This document shows, piece after piece, positions 32,917-45,089 of a stretch of DNA of 64,000 nt. The translations under genes and the position numbers were made by a program. How positions within the stretch are numbered: position 1 is the first letter of the stretch; each line of letters opens with the position of its first letter. Location: contig CDROCS010000678.1 in NCBI GenBank assembly GCA_977020255.1, forward strand, positions 186,001-250,000, written 5' to 3'. The DNA is from Obrimoposthia wandeli (lineage: Eukaryota). Below the pieces are notes generated by a model that saw only the letters and a program-made list of their open reading frames with translations, was not told where the DNA came from and searched no databases.

Positions 32917-34819
32917 GTCTACATTATGACACTTTAGAAAAAAATTCTAATTTGGATATAAAAAGTTCGATTTTTAATCATTTTATGTTTATATTTATGG
33001 ATTTTAGAATACATTTTTTCGTGTATATTTCAGAATAATGTAAATTAAGGTGCAAAGTTGAATCTTAGATAATTTATAATGATTTTAGTTGACAAATGAA
33101 TGAATTTACTGTGTAATCTTTCTGAATAATGTAAATTTCGAATTAGAAAGTTCGAATTTCAATCAATTTATAGATTAGAAGATAAATTTACCATGGATTT
33201 TTAGAATAATGCAAATTATAATGCAAATAATTGATCATTTTTCAATGAATTTACCCATATTTCTATAAATTTCCTTTGATTTTAGTTTAAGGACAAAATT
33301 ACTTTCAGAATAAATAAGTTGTATTTCCTGACGATTCTTATGTGCCAGCGCGTCAATAAAGTTTTCATGGTTTCTTATATGGTAGGTGCACTAATTGGAT
33401 TTATCTTCAACATATTTAAAGTATTCCTCCGTGTAAAAAAGATATAATTTGAAGAGAGTATATAATGATCAATAAGTGAGAGTTTATTACGGACAATTAC
33501 ACGGATAATTAGAGAGATTACTATGATCAATTAGTCAATTTACGATCAAGAGTATATTATTAATTTTAATCTGCATCTTTAACTAAGAATTTTATTAAAT
33601 TTCAAATGATTCATTAAATCTAAAATGTTATCTACTTTCTTTTAAAAAAGTTTTTTTTGTAAAAGAATCTGTTAAAGTTTTGTTACTAAAAAATGATTAG
33701 TTTACATTTCTATTTTTTGTTTCAAAGAATATTGTTTGAAGATTAGCTTATTTAAGGAAATTAATCTATGTAATAAATAATTAATTAAATTATCACTAGT
33801 AAACATCGGATATCAATACTATATTGGAACATTTGGTTTAGAAATTTATTACATCAGGACTAGAAATGGATTAAATTATATTCTCTCTTTCGATTCATTT
33901 AAACCTAAAATTATTATTTTCAAGTATCATTTATTGATATAATTTATTCAATAATGTTTAGAGTATGTATTTATCTCAGTCATAATTTATTCATATTACT
34001 TGAGTCTATTGATAACTATATTCTCAAAAAATAATTTTTCATTGATCGATATATCAAACAAGAAAATTCTTACAAAACTCTACAAGCTTATTGATTCATT
34101 GATGTTATCAATATTATGGAAACTTATTTTCAAACATCAACAACCAGTCGATCTATTACTTCAAAGAAATTATGATTTAGTAAAGAAATTATACATAAAA
34201 GGTTCTATAAGAGAAATTAAGAAGATGCATGAGATTTTTTACATATAGATGAGATATGACATGGGTGTTTATAAGGTTTAATAATAGAAAATAGTGGATA
34301 GAGTTTTAGAAGAGAAACTCACGATTTGTTCAAAAGGTTCTCTAGAAGAGTAATTAATACATAGAAGATTAAAGATAATAAAATATGTAGCGGTTCAGAG
34401 GAGAAATTAACGATACTTTTAGAAGTATCAAAAGAAAAAAATATAGCCTAAATTGGATTATGAAGTGAAATTGATGTGATTTATTTAAAAGATTTAGGAA
34501 TGGAATTTAACGGGATGTTTAGAAGTTCAAAGAAAAAAATTACAAAGTATTTAGGAAGTTTATAAAATAATTTATTACATAGAAGAGTTTAAAGAGGAAA
34601 TTTACGAGGTATTTAGAAGGTTATAGAATGGTTATAAAAGACAAATTGAAAAAGTGTTCAAGAGGTTTCAGAAGAAATATTATAGATTTGAAGGGTTTAG
34701 AAGGGATTTAGCAGGAATGTTTAGGATGTATCAGAAAATATCGCCTTAAAAGGCGTTTAAAGAAGTATTTAAAAGGAGTATTTAGGAAGTTTCAAAAAAA
34801 AAATTAAAACCTAAAATTG

Positions 34820-34986
34820 NNNNNNNNNNNNNNNNNNNNNNNNNNNNNNNNNNNNNNNNNNNNNNNNNNNNNNNNNNNNNNNNNNNNNNNNNNNNNNNNN
34901 NNNNNNNNNNNNNNNNNNNNNNNNNNNNNNNNNNNNNNNNNNNNNNNNNNNNNNNNNNNNNNNNNNNNNNNNNNNNNNNNNNNNNN
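34820..34986. other. Assembly gap
   Basis: Run of N. Confidence 1.
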
Positions 34987-35350
34987 CCCATCAACTTTCA
35001 CCCAACACTCATCGACTTTCACTCAACGCCCATCGACTTTCACCCAACGTCCATCGACTTTCACCCAACACCCATCGACTTTCACCCAACACCCATCGAC
35101 TTTCACCCAACACCCATCAACTTTCACCCAACACCCATCGACTTTCACCCAACACCCATCGACTTTCACCCAACACCCATCAACTTTCACCCAACACCCA
35201 TCGACTTTCACCCAACACCCATCGACTTTCACCCAACACCCATCGACTTTCACCCAACACCCATCGACGTTCAGCCATCATCCAAGGAAGTCTGTGATAT
35301 ACACCAGTCCCGAGCCTTTCACCCATCACCCAAGGAAGTCTGTGATATTT
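34987..35350 (-). repeat. 21-bp array (about 13 units) plus 1.5 inverted 48-bp units
   Basis: Same units and order as 31356-31680. Abuts the PolB fragment at 35368. Confidence 0.95.
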
Positions 35351-35367
35351 ATATCACTAGAGATTTA

Positions 35368-37329
35368 GTACGTGATCATGATCATATTTCAGGTGCATTC
35401 TTGGGTGCAGCATGTAATAAATGTAATTTATCTCGTAGATTTGGTAAGCGGCCTACGTAACCAGTACTTTTTCACAACTTAATGAGTTATGATATTAATC
35501 ATATTTTAAAATTTGCAAAATTAAAATGAAAAAGTTATTCAATCATACCCAAATCTAGTGAAATATTCATGGCTCTCAAAATAGAATTATCAACTGGAAC
35601 ATTGAAATTTTTAGATTCAAATCTTTTTACAACAACTAATCTTGAAATATTGGTTAGTTATCTTCCAAGTTCACCGTATACATCAAGATATTTTAGTACT
35701 GATTTGATATCTAGTAAAGGTGTGTTTACTTATGAATAAATTTCCAGTGAATCTAAGTTGTATGAAGATAGATTACTTCCAAAATGCAAATTTCCTTATA
35801 GTGTTACAGATGATAAATATAATAGAGCTCATACAATGTGGACAAAACTAGGTTGCACTAATATTAAAGACTATATGATGGAAAATATGCGTCTTGATGT
35901 ATACTTACTTTGTGATGTATTTTAGGCTTTTAGACAGAAAGTTAGATCTGATGATAATCTTCAGGCTTTTAATTTATTTAGTATTCCCGGTATTAGTTGG
36001 TGTAGTGCAGTAAAATCAATAAAACTTAAAGTAGAATTGATACATGATCCGGAAATGTTTAATCTATTTGAAGCAGGTATTAGAGGAGGTATGACTTTTG
36101 TTAATAAACATTATTGTAAGTCCGATGATAGTACATCACTTCTCTATATAGATGTGAATAACTTATACGGATGGGCTTTAAGTCAACCTTTACCACATAT
36201 GGAATTTAAATGGGTATATGATAATTTTGATGATATTTTGAAGTTAGTTGAAAGTGAAAAGAATTTAAGTAAAACCGTATGGGGTTTTCTTTTTGAAGCA
36301 GATTTACAAATTCCGGATCGTATACATAATAAAGCTGATGACTTACCTATTAGACCACATAAGATGTGTCCACCAAACTGAAAAGCTCCTAAATTACTTT
36401 TAACACATCATGATAAAGAGCATTATGTAATACATTTTCGTTTACTACAATTCTATGTTTTTTTATGCTAAAATCTTAAAAATTCACAGAGCTATTCGGT
36501 TTAGACAAACACCCGTTTTAAAACAATATATAGATTTTAATTCAATCAAGCGGGCAATTAGTGTTAATAAGTTTGAATAGCAGTTTTACAAAGTAATTCC
36601 TTTAAGAATCTTAAGAGGTGGCTTGATATCATATTATGTAATAACGATAAACGGTTTAAAAAATTAGTTTCGAGTCCTTGGTTTAAACGTCATACTCAAA
36701 TAAATGATGATTTAAATTTAGTTTTTATACAGAAACAGTAAATATGTTTAGATTGACCTTCATATATTAGTCAAGCTGTACTTGATCTATCTAAATTACG
36801 AATGTATCAATTACAATATGTTGAACTTGAACGGTATAGGCAAACTTTTAATTGTAGTATTCGAATTGTAGCTATGGACACAGATTCTTTTTTTCCTTGA
36901 GTGTGTGAATATAAATAATGATAAATTACTTAAAGAATTGATTAAGGATGGGTATTTAGATACGAGTAACTATCCTAAAACACATCCCTTGTATTCAACT
37001 TTAAAGTTGTAATTGGAAAATTTAAAGATGAAAGTGAGGGTACTGATTATAATGAATGGGTTTTCTTAAAACCAAAATGTTGTTCACTTAAAAATAAATT
37101 AAGGACTAAGGGTATTTCTTTAAAACAAACTATTTTAAGACATCAAGACTACCTCACTTGTTATGAAAATGAAGAAATTATTAGTGTTAACCAGTCACGT
37201 ATAACATCCGGTTAACCATCAGTTTCATACAACATTTACCTCTAAAGTTGCTTCAAAATTTTTGACGATAAAATGAGATGGGTTAGTAAGAATAAAAGCT
37301 TTGTTTATGGTCATTTTAATTTAACTTAA
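35368..37329 (+). pseudogene. polB: Protein-primed family B DNA polymerase (copy B), 5'-truncated, degenerate
   Basis: VRDHDHISGAFLGAACNKCNL (endonuclease VII-like), PVLFHNL, GIRGGMTFV, LLYIDVNNLYGWALSQPLP, MDTDS, LDTSNYP, GKFKDE, FDDK and YGH. Many stops and frameshifts. Confidence 0.92.
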
Positions 37330-37396
37330 TAATTTTTTAAATAAGATATATAGTTTGTTATTGCTGTTGTTGTTATTATTATTTAATGTATATCAC

Positions 37397-37481
37397 CATT
37401 TGTATATTATTATCATTTGTATATTATTATCATTTGTATATTATTATCATTTGTATATTATTATCATTTGTATATTATTAT
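37397..37481 (+). repeat. 17-bp tandem repeat x5
   Basis: Five exact copies of CATTTGTATATTATTAT just downstream of PolB copy B. Confidence 0.95.
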
Positions 37482-37635
37482 CATTATTCATTCATTCCCT
37501 TGTATATAATAATACAACTTTTGTGTTTAATCGCTTTATTTATTATATAGCATTATTTTGATTAGTTGACCAATTATATTGAAATTAGGTTTTTATATAA
37601 TCGAAACACTTTAGTTTTAAAATCATTTCATCTTT

Positions 37636-37891
37636 ATGACTCTAAGTACTTCAGATATGTTATGTGCTCTTCGCACCAACCTTAAAGAAGACATTTTCAA
37701 ACTTTATATATCTCATTATTTTTCAGTATATTGTTCTCCGGAACATTTTGAATTATGGATAGTAGAACTAGTTCAATATCATCAAAGTAAGGTTTTATTT
37801 TTAAATATTTAATATACATTTAATAGCTATGGGAGATATTCAATACTACTATCATCATGATATGCCGATTTGTAATCATATGAATAAATAA
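37636..37891 (+). CDS. Small 2-exon ORF of unknown function (about 71 aa)
   Basis: ATG 37636, a 40-nt GTAAGG...TAG intron (37787-37826) and stop 37889-37891 give MTLSTSDMLCALRTNLKEDIFKLYISHYFSVYCSPEHFELWIVELVQYHQTMGDIQYYYHHDMPICNHMNK. Confidence 0.4.
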
Positions 37892-38272
37892 TTTTTGATA
37901 TTATTTATTATTTGAATTGTTTTAAAGTTTAAAATAAACAAAAGTAATCTAAATATATAATCTTTGCCAAAGGTGCTGCCCGGTGTTCGGATGGAGGGTT
38001 CCCCTCTTAAGAGGCTCTGCAAGGGAGACTTTGGCCCTTTAAAATCATTTACTACTTTTGTTTTAAACGGCAAGAAATATCACGATATTTCAAATGGTCT
38101 TGAAATGGTGCATAATACGTCATAAATGGTTTTGCAGTAAAGGATACCCTGGGTGACCTATTGCCTTGAGTTAGTATGCGCGATTTTGAGACTTGATGAG
38201 TAATTTTAAACCATTTTAACGTCATTTTGACTAAATATGACTATATATAAACATTAAAGCACTATAGTGTTA

Positions 38273-38326
38273 GTACTAACTCAAAGGAACAGAGCCCCCG
38301 GGGGCTTTGTTTCTTGGAGTTAGTAC
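38273..38326. repeat. 54-bp near-perfect palindrome
   Basis: GTACTAACTCAAAGGAACAGAGCCCCC|GGGGGCTTTGTTTCTTGGAGTTAGTAC, 3 mismatches, no loop. Confidence 0.9.
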
Positions 38327-38369
38327 CACCACAATATACTACTTGCTTCATTTGCAGAAATATTTCTAG

Positions 38370-39505
38370 TTATCTCAGTTTCAGGAACCACTTAACTGCT
38401 TTATAATTTAATATTAATGGTTCCAATAGTTCCAATAGCTAGTATTTAGATTTGAATGATACTTTGCTTTATGTTAAAAAAAAGTATTAAATCGAGATGA
38501 TACTAATTTAGAGGAAAATACCGATGTAACACCTGTAAATTATCTCTTTAATTCTTTATTTAGTGATGTTATTGTTACCCTTAATAATGTCAAAATTGAA
38601 GGTAGAAATTCTTCCTATGCTCATAAAGCTTTGATCGAAAGTCTATTGAATTATAGTATCGATACTCAAAATACTAAATTGGCAAACATTGGATTTGATA
38701 AAAAGGTTGCATCTAGCAAAGAATGGATTGCAGGATTTAAAGCTTACGAAATGTGGGGGTCTTTGAGATTGAACTTCTTTGAACAACCGAAATATTTAAT
38801 TCCCGGTTTTAATGTACATCTTCGTTTGAAACGTAATAAATGAAATTTTTCTTTGATAAGCACAGAAGTTCTAAAACCTAGACTTGATATTTTGGATGCA
38901 AAACTATATGTCCGAAGAGTTAAAACCGAGCAATCAGTTTTAATGGTACATAATACAGGAATGGGAAAAAACAATGCTTGTTATCCTATTAGAGAAACTA
39001 AACTTATAACATACTCTTTGTGCACGCAAGCTTTAAATAAAGTTCAAATTTTTGGTGATGTAAGATTAAATTCGTTTTAATTTCATTTAAAAAAACTACA
39101 AAGTTTCTAGGAAATTATACGACAGATGTAACTCAATTTGACAATCTTAATGTAGGTTCAGTGACCTTTTCAAGAAATACCGATTATCGCGAAACATATA
39201 AAATAGATTTCGAAGATAACGCCCATGCTTTGACTTATACACAATCTATTATTTGGTATTTGGGTCAACTAGATAAAAATATATACTATAGTATTTCTTT
39301 CACTGACTTTAAAATCAGCTGTCTGTTCTTCTCATATATTTTGACTCTAAACTTTGATATAAACCAATGTCAACTACCAAAATATGGAAATTTACGACTA
39401 GAAATTAAGTTCAATGCAGCTTTAACACATCCTACTACGGTGCTTATTTACGGAGTATTTGATTTGGAAATACAAATCAATAAAAACAGAACTGTCATAT
39501 TATAG
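38370..39505 (+). pseudogene. Polinton major capsid protein (double jelly-roll), frameshifted
   Basis: YLDLNDTLLYVK, VTPVNYLFNSLFSDV, ALIESLLNYS, FFEQPKYLIPG, AKLYVRRVK, YPIRET and GNLRLEIKFNAALTHPTTVLIYGVFDLEIQINKNRTV. Confidence 0.92.
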
Positions 39506-39506
39506 A

Positions 39507-39780
39507 ATGAAGAAAGACACTTTTGAAAATTTATATTTATTAATTTTTATTTAGTTAAATACAAGTACGAGAATCAGCAGAGAAGGTCCTGAGTAATAAA
39601 TTCAATAGAGTTTAGCCTATTGATATGATTCCAGTTTTTCAACCTGAATGATACATTATCAATACTCATACTTCGAATTTACCAGGAGAACATTGGATAG
39701 CTATTTATGTTAGAGAGTGAACAATACATGCACGAGAAACTGTGGAGATTTATGTATTTTATGGTTATTGTTGCAAAACG
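39507..39780 (+). pseudogene. Adenain-type cysteine protease with an internal deletion
   Basis: INTHTSNLPGEHWIAIYV (His at 39691) and TRNCGDLCILWL (Cys at 39741). The Asp region between them is missing. Confidence 0.85.
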
Positions 39781-40058
39781 ATTAATATGTTATAATAATA
39801 AATATAATAAAAACATGTTTTATTTTGATTTGTTTTTTAAAACCCTACAAGATTAAAATATAAGGGTAAAATAATAAAAAAAACTTAAGATACATTTTTT
39901 TAAATACATTTATTCAGCTAAATATCACATGAAGATATATCAGAAAATATAAGGCTCAACCTCAAAAAGTATCGAAATAACAAAAAGTTAGAGTCAAGGT
40001 GCCATAGGGATCTAAAATTTTAAAAACTAAACAAAAAATATCAAAAAATGAAAACCGT

Positions 40059-43000
40059 TTAAATTCGGAAGTGTCCATAAGCCAGGCTAGCGTTCTTTTC
40101 TACCCAAAAGCGCTTGTCGTCATTATTACTCAAAGCGACATTTGTTGACTTATGGGAATACAGTTGATGGGCTCTTGAAATCAATCTAGTTTGCTCAACG
40201 CTTTCAATATACCCAGTATCATAAACTTTCCTGTAGGCCTCATGTTTAAGATTGTTTCTTTCCATACCCTTTTCTCTCATTGAACATGTATTAATAGATG
40301 CATGTAAACTGTATCATTTAAGGCGTAGGAAAATACAATCATCATACGAAACCTGTCCCTTGCTTTCATCCTTAAATTTCCTGATAATATCCTTAGAGTG
40401 AACTCATAGAGTGTAGATGATGGTTAGCGGGATATTTATGGGTATCTAATACGTTGTCCATAAACATTGCCGGTAATAATTGATTATTTAAACTAACATT
40501 TTTACATTCTAAAAAGAAAGAGTCAGTGTCCCCAGCTGCGATTTTGATCTCACAATTGAATTCTTGTCGGTATTTCTCCAATTCTATGTATTGAAGCTCG
40601 TACATTCTGAGTTTAGAAATGTCTAAAACCGTTTGACCTATATAACTCGGTCGATCGAGACAAATACTCTGTTTTCCTAATAACACTGTTACCAAGTCAT
40701 CTGCAATTGTAAAACTACGCTTGAAGTTGTACTAGCTAGTATATGTTATTAGTTTACGCTCATCATTGCAAAACCGTAGACAAAAACATTTCCGCAAGTC
40801 CTCTACAGTTTTTCCAAAGAGACCTTTACTTTTTAACTTGTAAAAATCTCGATCGAATTTGCTAGTGGCCAAATTACATTTTCTAGAATACTTCTCAATA
40901 TAGTCTTTAAACATAAAGTTTTGACTGAAGCTTATAGCACGATGAATTCGAGTAACTTTCGCTCCCAACTTTAAGTAGAATTAAAGAAGCCGACAATGCA
41001 CAACATAATTCAACTTGTCTTCATGGGTTAACAATAATTTCTTAACCTTTGAATTAGGTGGGCATTGATGAACAGGCGCTACTGGAAGATCATCTAATTT
41101 ATCATGCACATTGGAAGGGATTGTTAAGTCAACCTCAACCAAATAGCTGATGTCTGATGAAACTGTATCGACAGTAGCCAAATCTGTCATCAACTTATTC
41201 AACTCTTCCTCATCATAAATCCACTTAAAGTTGGCATGAGGTAGAGGTTGATTAAGCGCCCACCTATACAAATTATTAATGTCGATGTACAGAATCTCCG
41301 TGGATTGATTTTTGACAACATGATGTTTGTTGACAAAAGTCATTCCACCGCGTATACCATAATCATACATTTGATACATCGCGGGATCTTGCAGTAACTC
41401 GATATTAATTTTAATAGTTTTTATTGCTGTTGCCCATGAAAGACCAGGTAAACTAAAAAACTGCATGGGATCTAGCCCACCTTCTGCTAAAAATTTTACA
41501 CGAAAGGACTCAAAAACATCAGCTAAAAGATAAATGTCTAATTTCATATAATAAAGCATATACTCAAAAAGATTTCGACAATTATTCGCCCAAAATGTAC
41601 GGGCCTCATTATAGTCTTGAAGACTTACACTTTCAAATTCAGTTATGTGTGGGATTTCTGTTGTATTTTCTAAATCTGCATAGGTTTTGCAAATTTATAC
41701 AGAAAAATCCCCTTATCAATAACCGAAGCTGGGAACACTGACTGTGTGATTGGCCATGCATTTAAAGATGCCGTTAAATTTTTTTAAGACCCGCTCAAAA
41801 ACTGCAGAGAATCTATGAATCTTAAACTGCAGAATTCAGTATATGCAGTTAAAGATAAATATTTCTCTGAAGTTTGAGGTATACATGAAATTTCCCAAGA
41901 GCTTAATGTACCCAACGCATATTTAAGTATATGATGCAAAACATATCCTTTGAGGTTATGAAACACGATGGGAATTCGTGGTTTTTTATGGAGACGACGG
42001 CCAAGGTTACAAAGGTTGCACGCCGCTCCCAAGTATCACCCCGTAACATGATCGTGATCTCTGACTAACTTAGACTGGGTTCCACACAAATAACATAATC
42101 TACAAGAATTAAAATTAACCCAGTATATGCCTGTCATGATCATTGCTTGATGAGCATTAAGATCATACCACGGTTTGACAATTGTTGTTCCTAATTCTTC
42201 TAATTTTAACATAAAATCTAAAATACAATTTGGACCGGAAAATTTATGATACTGTATAATATTGGGGCCTAAGAATAGTAGTCCTGCCGAAGCCGGTAGG
42301 TGAATACTCTCATACTGGTCGTGCAATGCTAAAATTGACTCAAAATCTGCATACTCCCTGAATTCCACGGGTATGCATTTTGCCCAATCCCTGAATTTTA
42401 AATCCTTATCCTTAGGCATGCTATATAGCGTATTGTCATCAGGATTCAGTGAACATAATGTCAGATGTTTGATGTAAGAGAGCTCGGATCGGAATCCATG
42501 CAAACATCTATGACACCACTTACACCTTATCCTAACCGGTAAGGCTCCATTATCTAAATTTAGAAGACGATCTAAACTGGGATTTGCAGCATAATGGAAT
42601 TTATTATTCTGTTCAAGCAAAATTAAGTTTACCTGAGTCCCCTCATTTTTGCTCCTATAAATTACATCTACAAAAGGATTTTTAAATATTTCTTCATCTG
42701 TTACATTAAATGATATATCAGTATTATATTTGAATACATTAATACTCAAGTTATTAAGATGTTCAAATCTTGATATTGCAGTTAATTTAACAGGAAAATC
42801 TATTCCATGATACTGAAATTCATTTAAAAAAGGGGTATATTTACTGACACGCTCTATATGTTCAGTAATTATACCCCTTTTGAGGATGGCCAACACGCTA
42901 TACAGAAAGCAAAAGTTATCACTGTTTTGTACGTTAACAATGGAACGTGAAAGTTGAAGAGATCTAGGTGAAGGAATGTATGAACTCCCCGAAAGATATA

Positions 43001-43379
43001 TCATGTCAGTGAACTTTGTTAGAACAAAGCTAACATCGTGAATTCTAACTAGATTCCATCCACTACTTAACTCGCTATAATTAGCAATTTTTTCATCTAG
43101 GTTTCTTCCAATTTCAGTTGCAAAATTATCATAGAAAACAGTTGCTTTATGTGAAATTACCCAAGTTTTAGTCTCCTCATTGACATTTTTAAACTGCACT
43201 GTTGCACAAAATTGAACCTTAGCCTGTCCTAATTTAGTCACTTCTGATTTTAAAAGATTTTCAATATTTGAATCTACACGTACGTTTAATAAAATTTCAT
43301 TTCCTAATGGCACCTTAACTATAACATAATTATTATTTAGGGGATACTCTATAGTAGCACCGTTTTCTCTACGTTTTTT
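40059..43379 (-). pseudogene. polB: Protein-primed family B DNA polymerase (copy C), full length, degenerate
   Basis: N-terminal SGW domain, VNVQNSDNFCFLYSVLA, C2H2 finger CHRCLHGF...HLTLC, DFES, RDHDHVTG..AACNLCNL, FHNLKGY, RFIDS, LLADVFESFR, GIRGG, YIDINNLY, LFGKT, GDTDS and NDDKR...YGH. Confidence 0.95.
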
Positions 43380-44283
43380 GGTGGGACCTTATTAAGAAAT
43401 TGGCCTCGCCTCTTTCTTCATACAATCGCTGACAAACCTCCCCCTAATTGAACCGGAAGACAACTATTTATATCAACAGTTGTCACAAACGCAGCTGAGA
43501 TAGAAGGTGCTGCTATTGGTGATGCTGCCGATGTTGAGGCAATCGCAGCTGATGTAGTAGATGCTGCTGTAGTAAGTGCTTTCGCAGTTGTAGATGCTGC
43601 ATTTAGAAAAGTAGCCGACATTGCTGATGAAGAAGCGGCTGTTGTAAAGGATGATGCTGCTGAAATAAATATATTAAAAAATAAATATATTTTTAAAAAT
43701 TATTACCTCTAAGGCGTGCTAACATCGATGTAGGCACTCGCGATGAGGGAGGCATAGCTGTCGTAGCAGATGACGATTGTATCACGGTATGTCCTGAATA
43801 AAAATAAAAATAAAATATATATAATTACAATTAAAAAATAATAATAATAAAAAATACCTAATGAAGGCAATCCAACTGGAACTGGAATGAAGTCCTCTTC
43901 CTTTATGGAATCCATCCAGCTGTCGTCCGTTATCTCGACGAAATCGGATTCCTCGATGGTCTCCAACCAGGAGTTATCGCTCCACTGAGGCTGCTCTATC
44001 TCGAAATCTGACTGGGTGATATTTTCCATCCAGTCATTGTTCGAGAATTGGGTTGCTGGTGCCAACTCCTCAAAATCTTCTTCGGAGATGTCGTTCATCC
44101 ACTCATTGTTAGTCATTTGAGTGGATGGGGCAGCAGCAGAATCAGGAGCCGGGAGAGAAGGACCAATGAGAGAAGGTCCATGCGGAGCCGAAACACCACA
44201 ATATGCTGGAAAGAGGATACAAGTAATCTGAAATAATTAATATTAATAAAGAAATTATAAGTATAGATTCTTACCATTGTCAT
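43349..44283 (-). pseudogene. Spliced acidic-repeat gene upstream of PolB (copy C)
   Basis: Same exon/intron layout as 20596-21722. The Zn-finger part is deleted, four W-x3-I-x3-DF repeats remain, and there is a premature TGA at 43418-43420 (GGA in copy D). Confidence 0.75.
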
Positions 44284-44499
44284 TATTTCAAATTGTCGGG
44301 GATTTGAATGAAGAATATGTTTGCTTATATACTAAAATTTATGCACACATGCTCTTTTCCTATTGGATTAAAAAATTGAATTTATCCCTCGACTGAGAAG
44401 GATTGTTTATCTGTTATTGGTTAAAAAATATATTTTTATTCCTCCAATCAAAAGGCTTATTTGTAATTAGTTGTAAAATTTTAATAATGAATTTCTCCA

Positions 44500-44992
44500 A
44501 TCAGAAGAATTGTTTATCTACATATCAAGTAATAATAAGAAAGACTTAAACATTTTTTATAAGCGCAATGGTCACCATGATTACGATATGGACAGCAAAT
44601 ATTTCGTGGAATTTTCAATAGATGATCACGTGAAATATTTAAAGTATTCAACCTCAATTTGGTAAAATATTTTTTTAAAGTCTTATATTTTTTGCAATCC
44701 ATTTCATCTAAAACATAAAATAATCCATTTTCTATATCAAAATTAGATGTTATTGTATCAAAAATACATATTTCACAAAAAGCCTTATGTCCTTCTTTCC
44801 ATTTTAATAAATAAAAATAATTTGTGAAATATACATTTGTAAATTTTTTCTTATAATCTAAACTCCTTTACGGTATATATACATGAGATATGAAATGTAA
44901 AGGTTGCATATATCCATAATACATAATTCTTTTATAATATAATCTTCATTTTTGTTAATGAAAGCCTCAAAGTCTATGATATATTCTTGCAT
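44500..44992 (-). pseudogene. Polinton accessory ORF, DEDD-nuclease-like N-terminus and Cys/His C-terminus
   Basis: MQEYIIDFEAFINKNEDYIIKELCIMD ... GLFYVLDEMDCKKYKTL ... ICCPYRNHGDHCAYKKC, across frameshifts. Confidence 0.55.
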
Positions 44993-45089
44993 AATTACCC
45001 AAATATGTAGCAAATCCCTTTGCTTATAATGAATAAAAATAAAATCCATTAATCAAAATTTATAAAAATTTCAAAGTACTTAAGATTCA

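Noticed and set aside
30491-35350. CRISPR-like appearance of the arrays
   Set aside because: Units are contiguous with no unique spacers, there are no cas genes, and the context is eukaryotic.
34782-35368. PSTFTQH / KVDGCWV repeat ORFs
   Set aside because: Same 21-bp array read in different frames across a gap.
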